The notes below the pieces were generated by a model. That model was given only the letters and a program-made list of their open reading frames with translations. It had not been told where the DNA came from and ran no database searches. The position numbers and the translations under genes were made by a program. A stretch of 64,000 nucleotides of DNA from the NCBI RefSeq assembly GCF_009834535.1, contig NC_045696.1, forward strand, positions 13,456,001-13,520,000, in the 5' to 3' direction. Positions within the stretch are counted from its first letter, which is position 1; every line of letters starts with the position of its first letter. Source of the DNA: Camelus ferus. Lineage: Eukaryota. Shown here one piece after another: positions 52,111 to 64,000 of this stretch.

Positions 52111-52151
52111 ATAATCATTATAATCAGAATAAAACATCACTTTTCAAGACA

Positions 52152-52340
52152 CTATAGTGTGGTGGTTAATGGCACATGCCCTGGAGCTAGACTGCTGGGA
52201 TTTAATCCTCAACTCAACACTCTGACATCATGAGAACTCGGACCAGCTGCCTGATCTCCCCATGCCTCCGTTCCCTCCTCTGTGATACGTAATAGGTCTA
52301 TCAATATTTATAGAGTACTAAATGAGAAAATATGTATGTA
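52152..52340 (+). mobile_element. MIR SINE
   Basis: tatagtgtggtggttaatggcacatgccctggagctagactgctgggatttaatcct...tgcctccgttccctcctctgt. Confidence 0.78.
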
Positions 52341-52404
52341 TCACCAGACTTCATCTCAGGCCAACAATCATGGCTATGATTGTTATTGTCCTCATTCTCA
52401 TTGT

Positions 52405-52720
52405 TTTTGGTTAACACCCACTATGTTTGGGCACTGAATCAGATGGGGAATACATAGAAAGGAGAGACACGATTTCTTCTCCCAGGGAGCTCAGAGCAGG
52501 TAGGCGAACTAAAGTAACTGTAACTACAGCCCAGTGTGGTAAGTGTCACCGTGGAGGTTTCCCCTCTGTCTTTCCTAGAGCTCAGAATGGTCTGGATGAG
52601 TCGGGAGCAAAGGGCTGTAGACGAGTCACTTGAGTTGAGACTTGAAAGATAAGTAGTTGTCAGCAGATCTTGGAGTGAAGTAAAGGCAGAGTTTGGATGT
52701 ACCAAGAGCCTGGGGACCGG
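52405..52720 (-). mobile_element. L2 3' fragment
   Basis: cacccactatgtttgggcactg...agggagctcaga...cttgagttgagacttgaaagataagtag. Confidence 0.65.
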
Positions 52721-52769
52721 AGAATGGGTCATACGTTTAGGGTTAGAGAAAATCTAAGGGTTAGTGGTT

Positions 52770-52845
52770 GTTTTGTATCCTCAGTGCCTAGAGTAGTGCC
52801 TGGCATACAGTAAGCACTCAAAATATGTATATTTGGAATAAATAG
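52770..52845 (+). mobile_element. L2 3' terminus
   Basis: tgtatcctcagtgcctagagtagtgcctggcatacagtaagcactcaaaatatgt. Confidence 0.8.
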
Positions 52846-53384
52846 ATTATATATGTAATTGCTTTGTGTAGCAGCTGGCGTGTACCAAGTATTCACGAAG
52901 TGGTAGCTGTTACTGTTGTAAATTTTGCAAATATATAACAAGATCTTCAGAAGTCATAATACACTATGTTCATTATCTTATTCTACTACAGTAGATGCGT
53001 TATGGATGAATGGACGACAGGACCAACCAATCAGATGTACAGGTTAGCTACTTGGGTCACTGTTGGTGATGTGGTTCTACTTCCAAGACCACACTCCAGA
53101 GCTGGAGACAGGGTGGGAAGGAGCCGACTCAGCAGAGTAGCTCTGTAACCCTGAGTGGCTCCCACCTTGCCCCACCCCAGCGTCCCCTCATTTTTGATGA
53201 GTAGGTTATTATCAAGGGCCATTTGCCACTCCCAAAGCCTCTGAGACTGTGGGTCCCAAAAGCTGAAGTAAAAGGCAAAACATTTTACGTCTTTAACTTC
53301 CTTTTAAAATTGACTTGCTTTTCCAATAACTGGGAAATGGACTTACAACAATCAGATTGTACAACATTTCTTTCCTTCACATAG

Positions 53385-53457
53385 ATACACGCGCGTGGGT
53401 GCACGCATGCACACGCGTGCACACTCACACACACACACACACACACACACACATGCA
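53385..53457 (+). repeat. Alternating purine-pyrimidine tract ((CG)/(CA)n)
   Basis: atacacgcgcgtgggtgcacgcatgcacacgcgtgcacact(ca)n tgca. Confidence 0.93.
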
Positions 53458-54299
53458 ATCTTGACCTGATCATTTTTAATCTTTTTTCATTCTTTGTCTC
53501 AGTGATTTCGGACGAGTGTTCAGCTGTTTGCAAAGTGTTATTAATGACATAGAACGTGGGAAGTGTGTCTGTCAAAACCAAGCTTAGCTAGTCTGGTGGC
53601 AGGTGGTACCCAGAGGCGCAGTAAACTTCCAGTTTAAATTACAAAGACTTATTGATCCTGACAGTGAAGCATGCCTGAAGATGAAATTGACATGGAATGA
53701 GCCTGACATTGAAATAGTATCTTCAAGTCTTGAAAAGCACAATAGAGAATTGAATTACATAACCACAGGGAACTGGAGAATATGAATAAACTGGTAGCGA
53801 TCTTTCCTTCAAACATGTATTTTTCTGTACAGGTTAAGCTCACTTTGCACATAAGTAGTTACCCTGGCTTCTCTCTTCTTCACTTCATCAGTTTCAATGA
53901 TTTAGCTTAACAATTAGAAAGTTTTGAATTCATGCTAAAGTCAAAACAAATCAAAAAAGCTGCAGAAGTCGTTTGAGTCCAATTTGTAAAAAATGATCTT
54001 TAGTCCAGGACTTGAGGTGAATTAATGTGACAGTTTTAAAGCTCTGGGTGAGAATCTAGACTCCATAGCAGAGTCATGAACCATGGGCAAGCTATTTCAC
54101 CTTGACTTTTAGGTTCTTTAGCTATAAAGCAAGAGCAGGATAATTCCTGTTCCACTGTAGTTGTTCTGAAGCATAAGATAACAGGATTGAGTCAGGCACA
54201 TGAGAATCCATTGATAATATTAATTTTGACATATGTTTGAATAAAACTGTCATCTATCTTATGCGATCAAACAATTGTGTAAAGCCAGGAGGAGAAATG

Positions 54300-54420
54300 C
54301 TTGCAGTTAGGTCTTATAGATGAAGAAACGTGCTCAGATGGGTTAGACGGGTTAAGTAGCTTGCCTGAGACACCAAACAGGGGTTAATACTTATATCTTC
54401 GGATTCTGTTTCTCTTCATT
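54300..54420 (-). mobile_element. MIR core
   Basis: ttatagatgaagaaacgtgctcaga...ggttaagtagcttgcctgagacac. Confidence 0.65.
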
Positions 54421-55106
54421 TAACCAGGCCTCAGTATTCCGATAGGCTATTCTTAGGTGAAGATCATAAGCATCCTAATATAATTTTCTTTGCTCTTTTC
54501 TTTCCCAAATGCCTAAATACACATTAATAACCTACTTATCCATTCTATATTTTAGAAGTAGCTCCTGTACTCTGGGCAGTCTTCTGCCAGCACAAATAGT
54601 AGAACAAAAATCTCTGCCCATGAGGTTTATTTGTGGTAGAATTGATCCATTCGGTCAACACACATGAATGCTGTCATCTCCCAGATACAGTCTAGGAACT
54701 AAGGATGTAACAAGTCCTTGTCCTGGTGTTGTAGGTGAGCACATATACCAGGAAAGGCAGAAGTCTGCAGGTTCAGGCATGGTGAAGGGCTGGGGGGTTA
54801 GTTCAATCTTATTCATCCAGAAAGTCTTTCTAAGGATGCAGACCAATGAGTTTGGTCTCGGAGTATAAGAAAACAATGCCATTAGCTAAAAACAAAGTGA
54901 AAGTTTCCATCTGGAGAAGGGCCTCCCCCTGCTTTGAGAAGTAGTATGCTTGTTTTAATTCCTAGGAAATGGCATGCCTTCTGGTTACTAAACCATGAGT
55001 TTTTTGAAATAATTGGGCTTCTTAGTGAAAAGAAAAATAATTGTACTTTTACATAATGTGCTTTTAAGTGTATTCAGAAATTATATGCATAGATTTATGC
55101 ATAAAA

Positions 55107-55460
55107 AGCATGGGATAAATGTTTGTGTGTCCCCAAAATTTGTCTTTGGAGGTAGGGTCTTCGGGAAGTAATTAGCTTTAGAATAGGGTGGGGCTTTCAT
55201 GATGGGATTAGTGCCTTTATAAGAAGAGGAAGACAGATTTCTTTCCCCAGGAGTATGTACCCAGGATAGGTCATGTGAATACAAAGCAAGAAGGCAGCTG
55301 TCTACAAGCCAGGAATCAAATCTGCTGGCACCTTCATGGTGGATTCCCCAGCCTCCAAAACTATGAAAACGAAACAATAAAACAGAACAAAAAACAACTC
55401 TGTTGTTTGAGCCACACGGTCTATGGTGTTTTGTTATAGAAGCCTGAGCAGACTAAGACA
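55107..55460 (+). mobile_element. MLT1A0-like MaLR solo LTR
   Basis: aatgtttgtgtgtccccaaaatt...catgatgggattagtgcctttataagaagag...tctgctggcaccttcat...gtctatggtgttttgttatagaagcctgagcagactaagaca. Confidence 0.9.
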
Positions 55461-56544
55461 ATGACATGCTTTTCTTACTGGATTCTGTGAGGGAAAAAAG
55501 TGCATGTGAAATTATACATTAGCAGGTAAAAGTCAGAGGGACACAAAAAGGAATTCAAAAGTAGATTTTAAATATTTAAACTAACTTAATAGTTGGCAAT
55601 GAGAAAAAATAGTTTCATAAATTGTGAAAATTATTTATTCATAGAATGCAATGGTTTCTGTGTGTTCTCACTGTAATATAACACACTTGCGCCCTCTCTA
55701 AGGTGATGTCTAGTTGGTCCTCTTTAAAATGATTTACCAAATTGAAATAAGAATTATATTTTGAAATCAGCTGAATATATGCCCTGTTGCTCAAAATGTC
55801 CTAAAGTTACTCTGAAGGACTAAGCATTAATAAACCTAAGTTTAGAATTAAGTCTAAGGTAAATCATGGCTTTGTGTTACTTCTGATTTTTTTTTTTAAG
55901 ACCTACCAAAGTTTAGTTCCGATTTAGTATGTAGTCCTGGAGTCCCTAGGACTTCCCGATAAAGTTTTATACAGTAATCCTTTCTAAGCTTGCTATTACA
56001 GCAGCTTTCTGTGCTTGTGCAGGTCTGACTGGCTTAATTTGTTTTTAATCCAGTCCTCAAAGTTTTCAATGCATCTTGTCATTCTTGCCCTGCCATGCTG
56101 ACCCACGGTGTGTGCAGCTGTCTTCTGAGGACGTACAATATCCATCAGAGCGAAAAGGCACATTGCTTTATGTTTTTTGTTTGTGTGTTTGTTTTGGTTT
56201 GGGGGGGTATGTTTTGCTTTTATTTATAGTGAACATATTTATATACCATCCCCTGAGCAGGTAAGCCTAGTGCAGTTCTTTATCTCTTGGGCTAAAATCT
56301 GGGGAATAATCTCAGGGAGCTGATCACAGATGTGCCGTATTCAGGCATAATCAAGGGGGATATTGGGGGGCATCTGGGTGGCATATACTGCATGCCCCCT
56401 GTGCCAGAGCTGCTCCCACACAGACGGACTTGCTCCAATGTACTGAGGTATTGGCAGGACATCTTAAGGAAGAACTGCCTTCTCCCATGTCCATGTCACA
56501 TGTCTAATTAAATGCTTATCATGGACTCAGTACCAGAATATATG

Positions 56545-56660
56545 GATTCATTTACTTAGCAAATATTCCTTAACTACCTACTATGTATTAAGCATTCATC
56601 TGGGCGCTGGGGACACAAAAATTAATAGGACACATTCCCTATGTAAGGGAGCTCACAGCA
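56545..56660 (-). mobile_element. L2 3' terminus
   Basis: attcatttacttagcaaatatt...acctactatgt...tgggcgctggggacacaaaaattaatagga...ggagctcacag. Confidence 0.75.
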
Positions 56661-57347
56661 TTGTCAATATTTCTTTGCTTAAAAAAAATAAAGGGGGTTG
56701 GAGACTCAAGTAAAAACCTAAGTTTTTTTTTTTAATTGAAATTGGAACTACTTCATGCATATAAGTGAGTGCATGCTTTTTGCAGAATGGGCAAGAGCAA
56801 GTATTGAGAACCTATTGCTCACTTTTCTGTTCCGAGTTTAACACAATTCAGCACAGAGGAATGAGCAGCTCAGTGTTCATGGATGAATTGATACACTGAT
56901 TGATCCACGCATTGCCTGCCTGTTCAGTCCTCATAGATCCACACTTCTCAGAACTTCTATGGTCCACTTACAGGGGGTTGGCATTATTTTGTGTGGGCTA
57001 TTCTCCTTTTAACCATTAGACTTGCCATTGAATTGCACAAGTCTTGTGCAGAGAACTGGAAGGGCCCTTCTGAACTCCTGCAACCACGAAGCATGTGGTT
57101 CAGCTATGAGAGACACTCTATTGAGTGCCTGGACCACGAAAAGTTGGACCTGGGCCAGGACACTGATATCCTGAGCTCTGTTCCAACAGACCAACCCTTC
57201 TCACTTCAGGGCTCTGTTAAGACTCTGGCTCCTCAAGGCACTTCTCTGGGGAAAGAGTCTAAAGATTCCTCCACCTCCCACAGTGTTCACTTGGCCAAAT
57301 GCGATGACTCCAGAGTTCTGGAGGGTCACACCAGAGCAACTGCCACT

Positions 57348-57432
57348 CTAATTATCATTGTTTTTATCAAGCTGCTCAAGGTCCACGCCCAGCATCCCGG
57401 CCGTCTCACTGTCCTGGATGGTGCGAGACAGA
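57348..57432 (-). other. Candidate terminal exon (LSRTIQDSETAGMLGVDLEQLDKNNDN*), product unknown
   Basis: Minus-strand branch point and acceptor (cctgaccctctgattctgaatttccag|), local CpG excess, and an upstream donor ATG|gtgagc 109 nt away. No homology recognised. Confidence 0.25.
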
Positions 57433-57541
57433 CTGGAAATTCAGAATCAGAGGGTCAGGCTGCCATGGTTTAAACCAAGTCATTTTAAACCCAGGTCAAC
57501 AACAACGGCCCAGGCAATTTAGAACTCGAATATTTGCTCAC

Positions 57542-57575
57542 CATTTAAAGGGATGAAATTTGGTCTCTTTCCTAA
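57542..57575 (-). other. Candidate 34-nt internal exon
   Basis: Minus strand tttccacatactttgtcctgatctag|TTAGG...TAAATG|gtgagc. Confidence 0.2.
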
Positions 57576-58703
57576 CTAGATCAGGACAAAGTATGTGGAA
57601 ATTTAAACTTGACATCGTCTTTTATCACACACCAGAGTTTCCATCCATGGACTCAAGAGTAAGTTAAATTATACTGTCCTTTCCCAGATTTGCTAAGGAT
57701 GAAAGGGACTAAGTCCTCACAGGACTATACAATGAAACGATACCAAGATGACATAAGCAAGGGGCTTTCAAAATTAATTTTTAAAGAAGTATGTCTTTTC
57801 TTGTGTGGTAGTCAGTGTGTGTGTGTGTATGCATTCGGGTTGGGGAGGATTTTTTTTTTAATGAGATTCTCTAAGAAACAAAGCAATTTAGAAGGATAAG
57901 GATATCAACTGAAAAATATACTAGGTAGCAAATAAAGCAACTTGTTTTCCATCAACATTATGGAATATAACTGGAAAGATGTAAGGAAGGGAAAATAATT
58001 TTAGCTTCTCCTATATACTTCCATTCTTTTCATGCTACAATTTATTGCTGAGTATGATGACATCAGACTTTGTTCTAATGAAATACAATCCTCAAATGGC
58101 TACGAGAAAGAGAGAAAGCTATATATTTTCTATCGAATACATGTACAAATCCAATTAAATGTTAAAAAAACTTCAAAAATTATTATAAGGTAAAATATAT
58201 GTACCTTAATGTTTCAGAAAAATAATATAACTTAAGCAATAAAATATTTTATTTCAAAAAAGGTCTTTGAAGCTGTTTTGTTTTCCATTATGGGTGGCAT
58301 TGAGTTGTTTTTAAGTAGATTGATACTTGTTATTTTTCCTGTTGACTAAGTTCTATTTGGTTCCTTTTTTACTCTGATTTCATCTTGGTTTTAAATTTTG
58401 CACTTATTCACGTAGGCTGCAGGCTTGGGAGGTTTAAAAATGGTTATAAGTAACAGACAAAGATGAAGACAAAGATGATTTAAGAGGGAAAATAAAAAGA
58501 CAAAGTAGTGAAAACAGTTGAGAAAAATGTTTAAAATAATATTTAGAGGAAATTATCCTTTACAAGTTAATTTATCTCTGGGTGTCATGTTGGATAGACT
58601 TATATTCTTGAATTCTCTGGAAGGCATTTCTTCGGTTTTCTCCCACATACTCCATTTGACTAGTTATTTCTGATGAAAAAAGTCTTTAGGACTGGCTAAC
58701 CAC

Positions 58704-58743
58704 CTGAAGTGACTGCAACGTACTCGATATCCTGTGGTGCTCG
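58704..58743 (-). other. Candidate 40-nt internal exon
   Basis: Minus strand ttctctactcaactttaactgcag|CGAGCA...TTCAG|gtggtt, with three CpGs in 40 nt and a weak donor. Confidence 0.18.
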
Positions 58744-61700
58744 CTGCAGTTAAAGTTGAGTAGAGAATAAGATTTGGTGCATTCTTGAAAAGTTACTTAT
58801 TATAGACCTGAGAATCCTTTGCTTTAGTATCTTGGATTTCTGCAAAGCAGAAAACAAATAGCATGTTGAATTCCTACAAAGCACACAGCATGCATGTCCC
58901 AACAATCCACTTGTAATACATTTGTAGCAATAAAATGTGACAAATTCTGGGGTTTTTTTTACTACATTTACATAAAAAAGGATTCAGTATAATTCATCTC
59001 AGTGGAGGAATGAGGATCATAAAGTTTCATTGCTCTTAACTGTTATTTTGTATCTTTTTTGTTGATTACGTAAAACTCAAGTGTGTACCACCCCAAGAAA
59101 GTACTAAGTAAAACTTCTAGATTTTATAACATATTCCATGTTCTAGATTTATACAATACTCAAATCATTACATGATAATTGGATACTTATCATATTAAAG
59201 GAGGTCACAAATGTGTACCACAAATCGTAATTTAAGGCAGACTTTTCTAATATATTTTATAATCCTTACTTTTAGTAGCTCTGAATAAATTATATTGCAA
59301 AGAGAAACAACTGAGAATTTAAGTTCAGCTAATGCATTTTAAATCAATTAAATAATTACCTTTTTTTTTTTTTTTAATTTTATAAGTCATTATGTAAAAA
59401 GAAATCATCAACATGCATTCTGGATGGAAATGAGAGCTAAGCCTGACAAAGACAGGAAGATGATGGAGAAGACTGGTCCCCGTGGATATACTACAGATGC
59501 CAAAGACCTCCCCTCAGCCCATAACCCACTATTGAATTCAAGAACACAGATTCAAAAGAGAAGAGCAGTTTGATGTAGAATAGTGGTAATTTTTAAATTC
59601 TTACTCTAGTGTTAGAAACTGTGCTAGTTCATTCTGTGTTAAAAAACCAATAAAATATAGTTATACCTAACATGATGTACAATCATGTTTAGGTTTTATT
59701 ATTGCTTTGGTGAAAACTGACTTCTATTCATTAAAAAATAAATGCCTTTCAGTGATGTAGAATATTTATCTTATAAATTAAACGAGTTCATGCAAACGAT
59801 CCCTTTGGCGTCACTAAACATAATAGTTAACATTTACTGGGTGCTTACAATACACAAGGCACTGTTTTAAGGTCTATGATATATTAAAAGAGTATTAACA
59901 TTTGTTAATCAATATACAGTAAGTGTTATTAATATAGACATTCTGGAATTTATTTAAGGTTTCTGAAATTTAGATATATCCTGGTTTAATGCTATCAGTC
60001 ATAATTTTAGTTGTTCTAGTCATAATTCTAATTCTCATCTAGTTATCTTAAAATGTTGTATGCCACAGCAACTTGATTAATCTTCTTTGTCAAAAATATT
60101 GTAACCAGATCTTTAACCTTGCCTTTTTAAGTCTTTTGTCATTCATAAACAGTTAAGCTGATGCTTTGCAAAACTGCTTCATCTTCAACAAGATTCATAA
60201 AAAAGACTTTTGCACCAAAAAAAAAAAATTGTTAATCAAGTGTATATAGACCAAAAGAGAGAGAGAGAGAGAAATATAACTCTATTTCATGAGTTTATGC
60301 AGATTTTACTCATAATTTTATTTAAACAAACATAATCAAAATAATAACTTTTATTATTTCTCTAATTCTCAAATAACTACATCTCCTGGACACCAACCTG
60401 CCTCTCCACCAACTTTCATGTTCTATTGTAACGTATTTCTCCTCCCACTCCTCTTCCTGCATCACCAGTTTCTGTCTCATCCTGTGTCTTGTTGGCTGAA
60501 TCTATCTTGGTCCAATTTCCTGCTGGTGTTCACAGGGCTGGTCAAATCTGCAATATTGCAGGAAAGAAGCTGGACAGCAGAGGGTAGCTTCTGGAACTTT
60601 CTACCTAGTCACTCCACATAAGGCAAACTAGAAATGGAAGTATATGCTTCAAAATCAGCCTCCAAAATATGTTTTTTAAGATCATGTTACTTCTCTAGCT
60701 GAGGAAATTTGCCTGTTGGGCATCTGTATTTGATGATGTCCCTTCAGTGTGACTCACTATAATACAAAATTAAATGATATCTTTCTAGGGTTTTAGAAGT
60801 AAACAAGTAACTGGTATCATTTGCCCATTTATTTAATGGAGATAAACGATTACAATTTGGTGTTTCCATTGTTCAAGTAACACAGAACCTTCAGCAATGA
60901 ATAAGATTTCTCTGTTAACAATGACACTTTATTTTATTTGACTAAGGCAGATATGGCCTCTGCTCATAAATTATTCAATGAAGTGCTAAAAGATTTTCCT
61001 CTACAAAATACCTTTAGTAGATAGATTTTCTTGTTCCCTAGACACACAAATTACAAAAACTTTCAAGTTAGGGTGAAGAAAATCTTTATAAGAATATTTT
61101 GAAAACACTTATTTTTTTTAAATAAAATTAAAATTCATTAAAAAAAAATCCCTCATCCAAGTCTGTTTCATTTTGCACACCCATTTTCAGAGAAATGCTT
61201 CTTTAACAAACAATCCACTTAAAAAGGAATTGTTTCTATCCTATTTAATAAACAAAGCCACCAATTATTGAATCAGACTTTCTTCAAATGGAAAAAATAA
61301 TATTTAATAGTGATCGTTAAGGGTTGCAAAGATAAAGACTTCAAGATGAAAAGAAATAACTTTACTGGCTGCTTCATCTCATTTTTCTTTATTACACTAA
61401 AATATTTAATCAAACTATTGGCTTTTCTTTGAGGTTTTATTAAGGTTATTGCAATAGAAACATAAGTGAATTTTCTGTGAGATCTCCATAGTCATTAATA
61501 TATGATTATGTTACTAAAATGTGACTGCAAATAAGGTAAAACTATACCCGTGAGATTGACACATTTTTATGTGATTACCAAAGTCAACACATTCTAGCAC
61601 ATTTAAACTGAATTAGCTTTCATTCAGTCTGTTGAAATCTAAGCTAAGCAATAACGATTTTAAAAAATAATAAATTTACGGTTACTTTAACACAGAGATG

Positions 61701-62879
61701 GTCCAGTTCTTTAACTCTAACAATCCTCAGCAATTGTCAAGAAGTTGTCAAAAAATTGCTTCCTGATAAATCAAATGAGTGTTTATTATTCTAGGACGGA
61801 ATCTGTAGAGAACTAGGGAGATGCTAGGTGATTGGGAAATAGCAATAGGAAGCCATCTGTAAGTATCTTCATTGAAATAATCGGGGATTACAAACCTTCT
61901 CACATAACTTCTATCATTCAAGAGATTCAGGGATGAATCATTAAAAAAAAAAAAAAAGGTGCTTAATTTGCAGGCACTTGGAGGAAATAATACTGTAATG
62001 TAGCAGGCTGAACATCTGTCCAAAAAGACCTCAAAGAAACATGATGGCCTTTGACAGACCTTTTTAATAAAAGATGACTTTCCAAATGCACTGCTTAAAG
62101 AGACTTAGGAATTCTTGAGAGTTAAAATAACCTTTGATGATATATAACAACCTTAGTTTCCCCCCTTTAGATTTGCCTAAATGTGTGGGCGTCCTTTCTA
62201 CCTAGTCTCCTCACTTACATCTAGGGAAGTCAATCTCCCTAAAGAGAGAATATCTTAAACTGATCGTTGTAATTTTGGGAGGTCTGAGGCACAGAAATTA
62301 TGAATGTGCAAATTTCCTTAAACTGAGAGAGAGAGAGATGACTGACACTCCTTCTTTATCAAACAAAATCATGGTAGATTTCTCCTTGACCTTGTAATAC
62401 TGTATAACACAGAAAATTGAAGTGAGATTATAGGAAGTTGATTTCTAAATATCTAGAGGAAACAAACATTTAATACTGCAAAATATTCAATTAAGTGGGA
62501 ATTAACTTTTTTTGGGGGGGATGTAAATCCCTGGTAGGTAGTAGGCCCTTTGCAACTAATTATTACAAGACGTTGTATTATGTCTTATCCTTATTTTCAC
62601 AAGCGGCTTTTTACCTAGGTATTGAAATGTTTTGTAGCTCTAATTATCCTGACAGTGTGTGGCTATAATCTGACATAGAATACTGTTTTTCTCTTGCCCA
62701 CTGAGAAGCATGGACAGAGGAGGCCAATTTTGTTTTTACAAAAGTAATTTTATTGGTTGGCAGTAGATTTTATCAGAAATCTTTATTGGCAGAACACCAG
62801 AAACATCACATACCAAATATGGAAGGCTTTTATAGAATTTCAGTTATCATTCAGAAACTCTATATGGAGTGAGTACTAA

Positions 62880-63160
62880 GTAATAAAATAATAATAACAA
62901 CAACAATAATAAACATATATTGAGTATTCTATGTGTCAAATTTTGTTCTAAGTGCTTGAAATACCCTAACTCTATTGACTCCTTCCAATAATTCTATGTG
63001 GAAATTACTAAGATTATTACTGCTATATTTTATGTATAAGGAAACCTAAAGCAGAGAGAGATCGAATAACTCACCCGAGTACATACAGCTAGGAAGTGGC
63101 AAAGCCGATATTCAAACCAGGCAACTAGATTTCAGAATCTCTGTCATCAACTGCTATGTA
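62880..63160 (-). mobile_element. MIR SINE, near full length
   Basis: aacatatattgagtattctatgtgtca...aaggaaacctaaagcagagagagatcgaataactcacccgagtacatacagctaggaagtggcaaagccgatattcaaacc. Confidence 0.85.
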
Positions 63161-63264
63161 TTTGTAAATATAGAGTCAAAGTGTTTATTATGTATAAACG
63201 GAAGAATAGTCTACAAAGTAGTTGATATGTATTATTTGAAACTGTTACTATGATAAATGATAAG

Positions 63265-63665
63265 GAAGGTTGAGGGAATGTTTCAGATTTAAAACTAAGA
63301 GACTTGGTGACCCTCTGTGGTGAGGAGTCCTCAGGGAGGTCCTGTACCAGGGAAAAATCATTATAAAAGTTATTACTGGGATAATTAGGGCAATTTGAGT
63401 AATGTCTATAAATTGGATAATGTGATTAAGTCAAAGTTAAAATATCTGATATTTTTATAATTGTACTATGATTACTTAGGTGAATATCCCTGATCTTTAA
63501 TAAATAATGCTAAGTCTTTAGGATTAAAGGAACATGATGTCTTTATACACACACACAGAGGGATAGTAAATGACAAAGTAAATGTGGTAAAATGTTGACT
63601 ATTGGTGAATCAGAGTAAAAGGTATATGGCAGTTTGCAGCAACTTTTTCCTATAAATCAAGTTAT
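63265..63665 (+). mobile_element. L1MC4/L1MC5-like 3' UTR
   Basis: aggttgagggaatgtttcagatt...taattgtactatgatta...aaaggaacatgatgtct...aaatgtggtaaaatgttgactattggtgaatc. Confidence 0.8.
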
Positions 63666-64000
63666 ATAGTGCTTATTGAAAAGCCCTGGATATGGAGAGG
63701 ATGAGAAAATGATTTATCCAGGATTTTAATACATTACAACACATTTTTACAGTATAGACTAACAGAGTGAAAGTGTGCTGTGGGTTGCAATCCAGCTGAA
63801 AAAAAACAGCAAGAGAGACCTTGATGACATACCATCTTTGAGAAAGGGTATAAATTAGAAGTCTTCCCCTAAAGTATTGTTTTAAGTATTAGCCACTAGT
63901 TTGTATACCTAAAATAGAGAATTTAAAATGTATCTTCTTGTTTAGGATACTCGATATAATTTCACTTAGCTTATGGCTCAAGTATCAAGAAATTGCATTC

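Noticed and set aside
56991..57473. 160-aa plus-strand ORF with a hydrophobic N-terminus
   Set aside because: Starts at GTG rather than ATG, has no recognisable domain and no promoter context. It overlaps the minus-strand exon candidate, which has better splice support.
60480..60557. Minus-strand acceptor followed by DLTSPVNTSRKLDQDRFSQQDTG*
   Set aside because: Single unsupported acceptor, no homology recognised and no downstream donor.
14060..60760. Scattered AP-1 (TGAGTCA/TGACTCA) sites
   Set aside because: Roughly ten sites seen, close to chance expectation for a 7-mer at this base composition, and not clustered.
1..64000. CRISPR array, rRNA, prokaryotic operon or intact provirus
   Set aside because: No repeat-spacer periodicity, no rRNA-like sequence, no dense ORFs, and no gag/pol/env or paired LTRs.

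Overview
AT-rich, CpG-poor mammalian genomic DNA with no CpG island and no protein-coding gene that I can recognise. It reads as a large intron or an intergenic interval. A tRNA-Ala(AGC)-derived SINE of the camelid vic-1 type and three copies of one young L1 3' end point to a camelid genome (inference). All ORF-track hits with recognisable similarity are LINE remnants. Much of the window is transposon-derived: young L1s at 7.2-10.3, 17.5-17.9 and 22.2-22.9 kb, an older L1 at 47.1-49.8 kb, ancient L1M/L2/MIR fragments, MER20/MER33/MER53 and MLT1/MLT2 LTRs, with several nested insertions and readable target-site duplications (TSDs). I cannot support a claim of a new biological system. The best leads are: (i) an unexplained ~95-bp duplicated module carrying a perfect 5' splice site (41.5 and 43.6 kb), next to CCAAT and triple-forkhead motifs and further plus-strand splice signals; (ii) a possible three-exon minus-strand 3' end at 57.3-58.7 kb; (iii) a palindrome/tandem-duplication/hairpin scar at 6.8 kb; (iv) two motif-dense enhancer-like patches. 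Repeat family names come from remembered consensus sequences, and boundaries of old elements are approximate.
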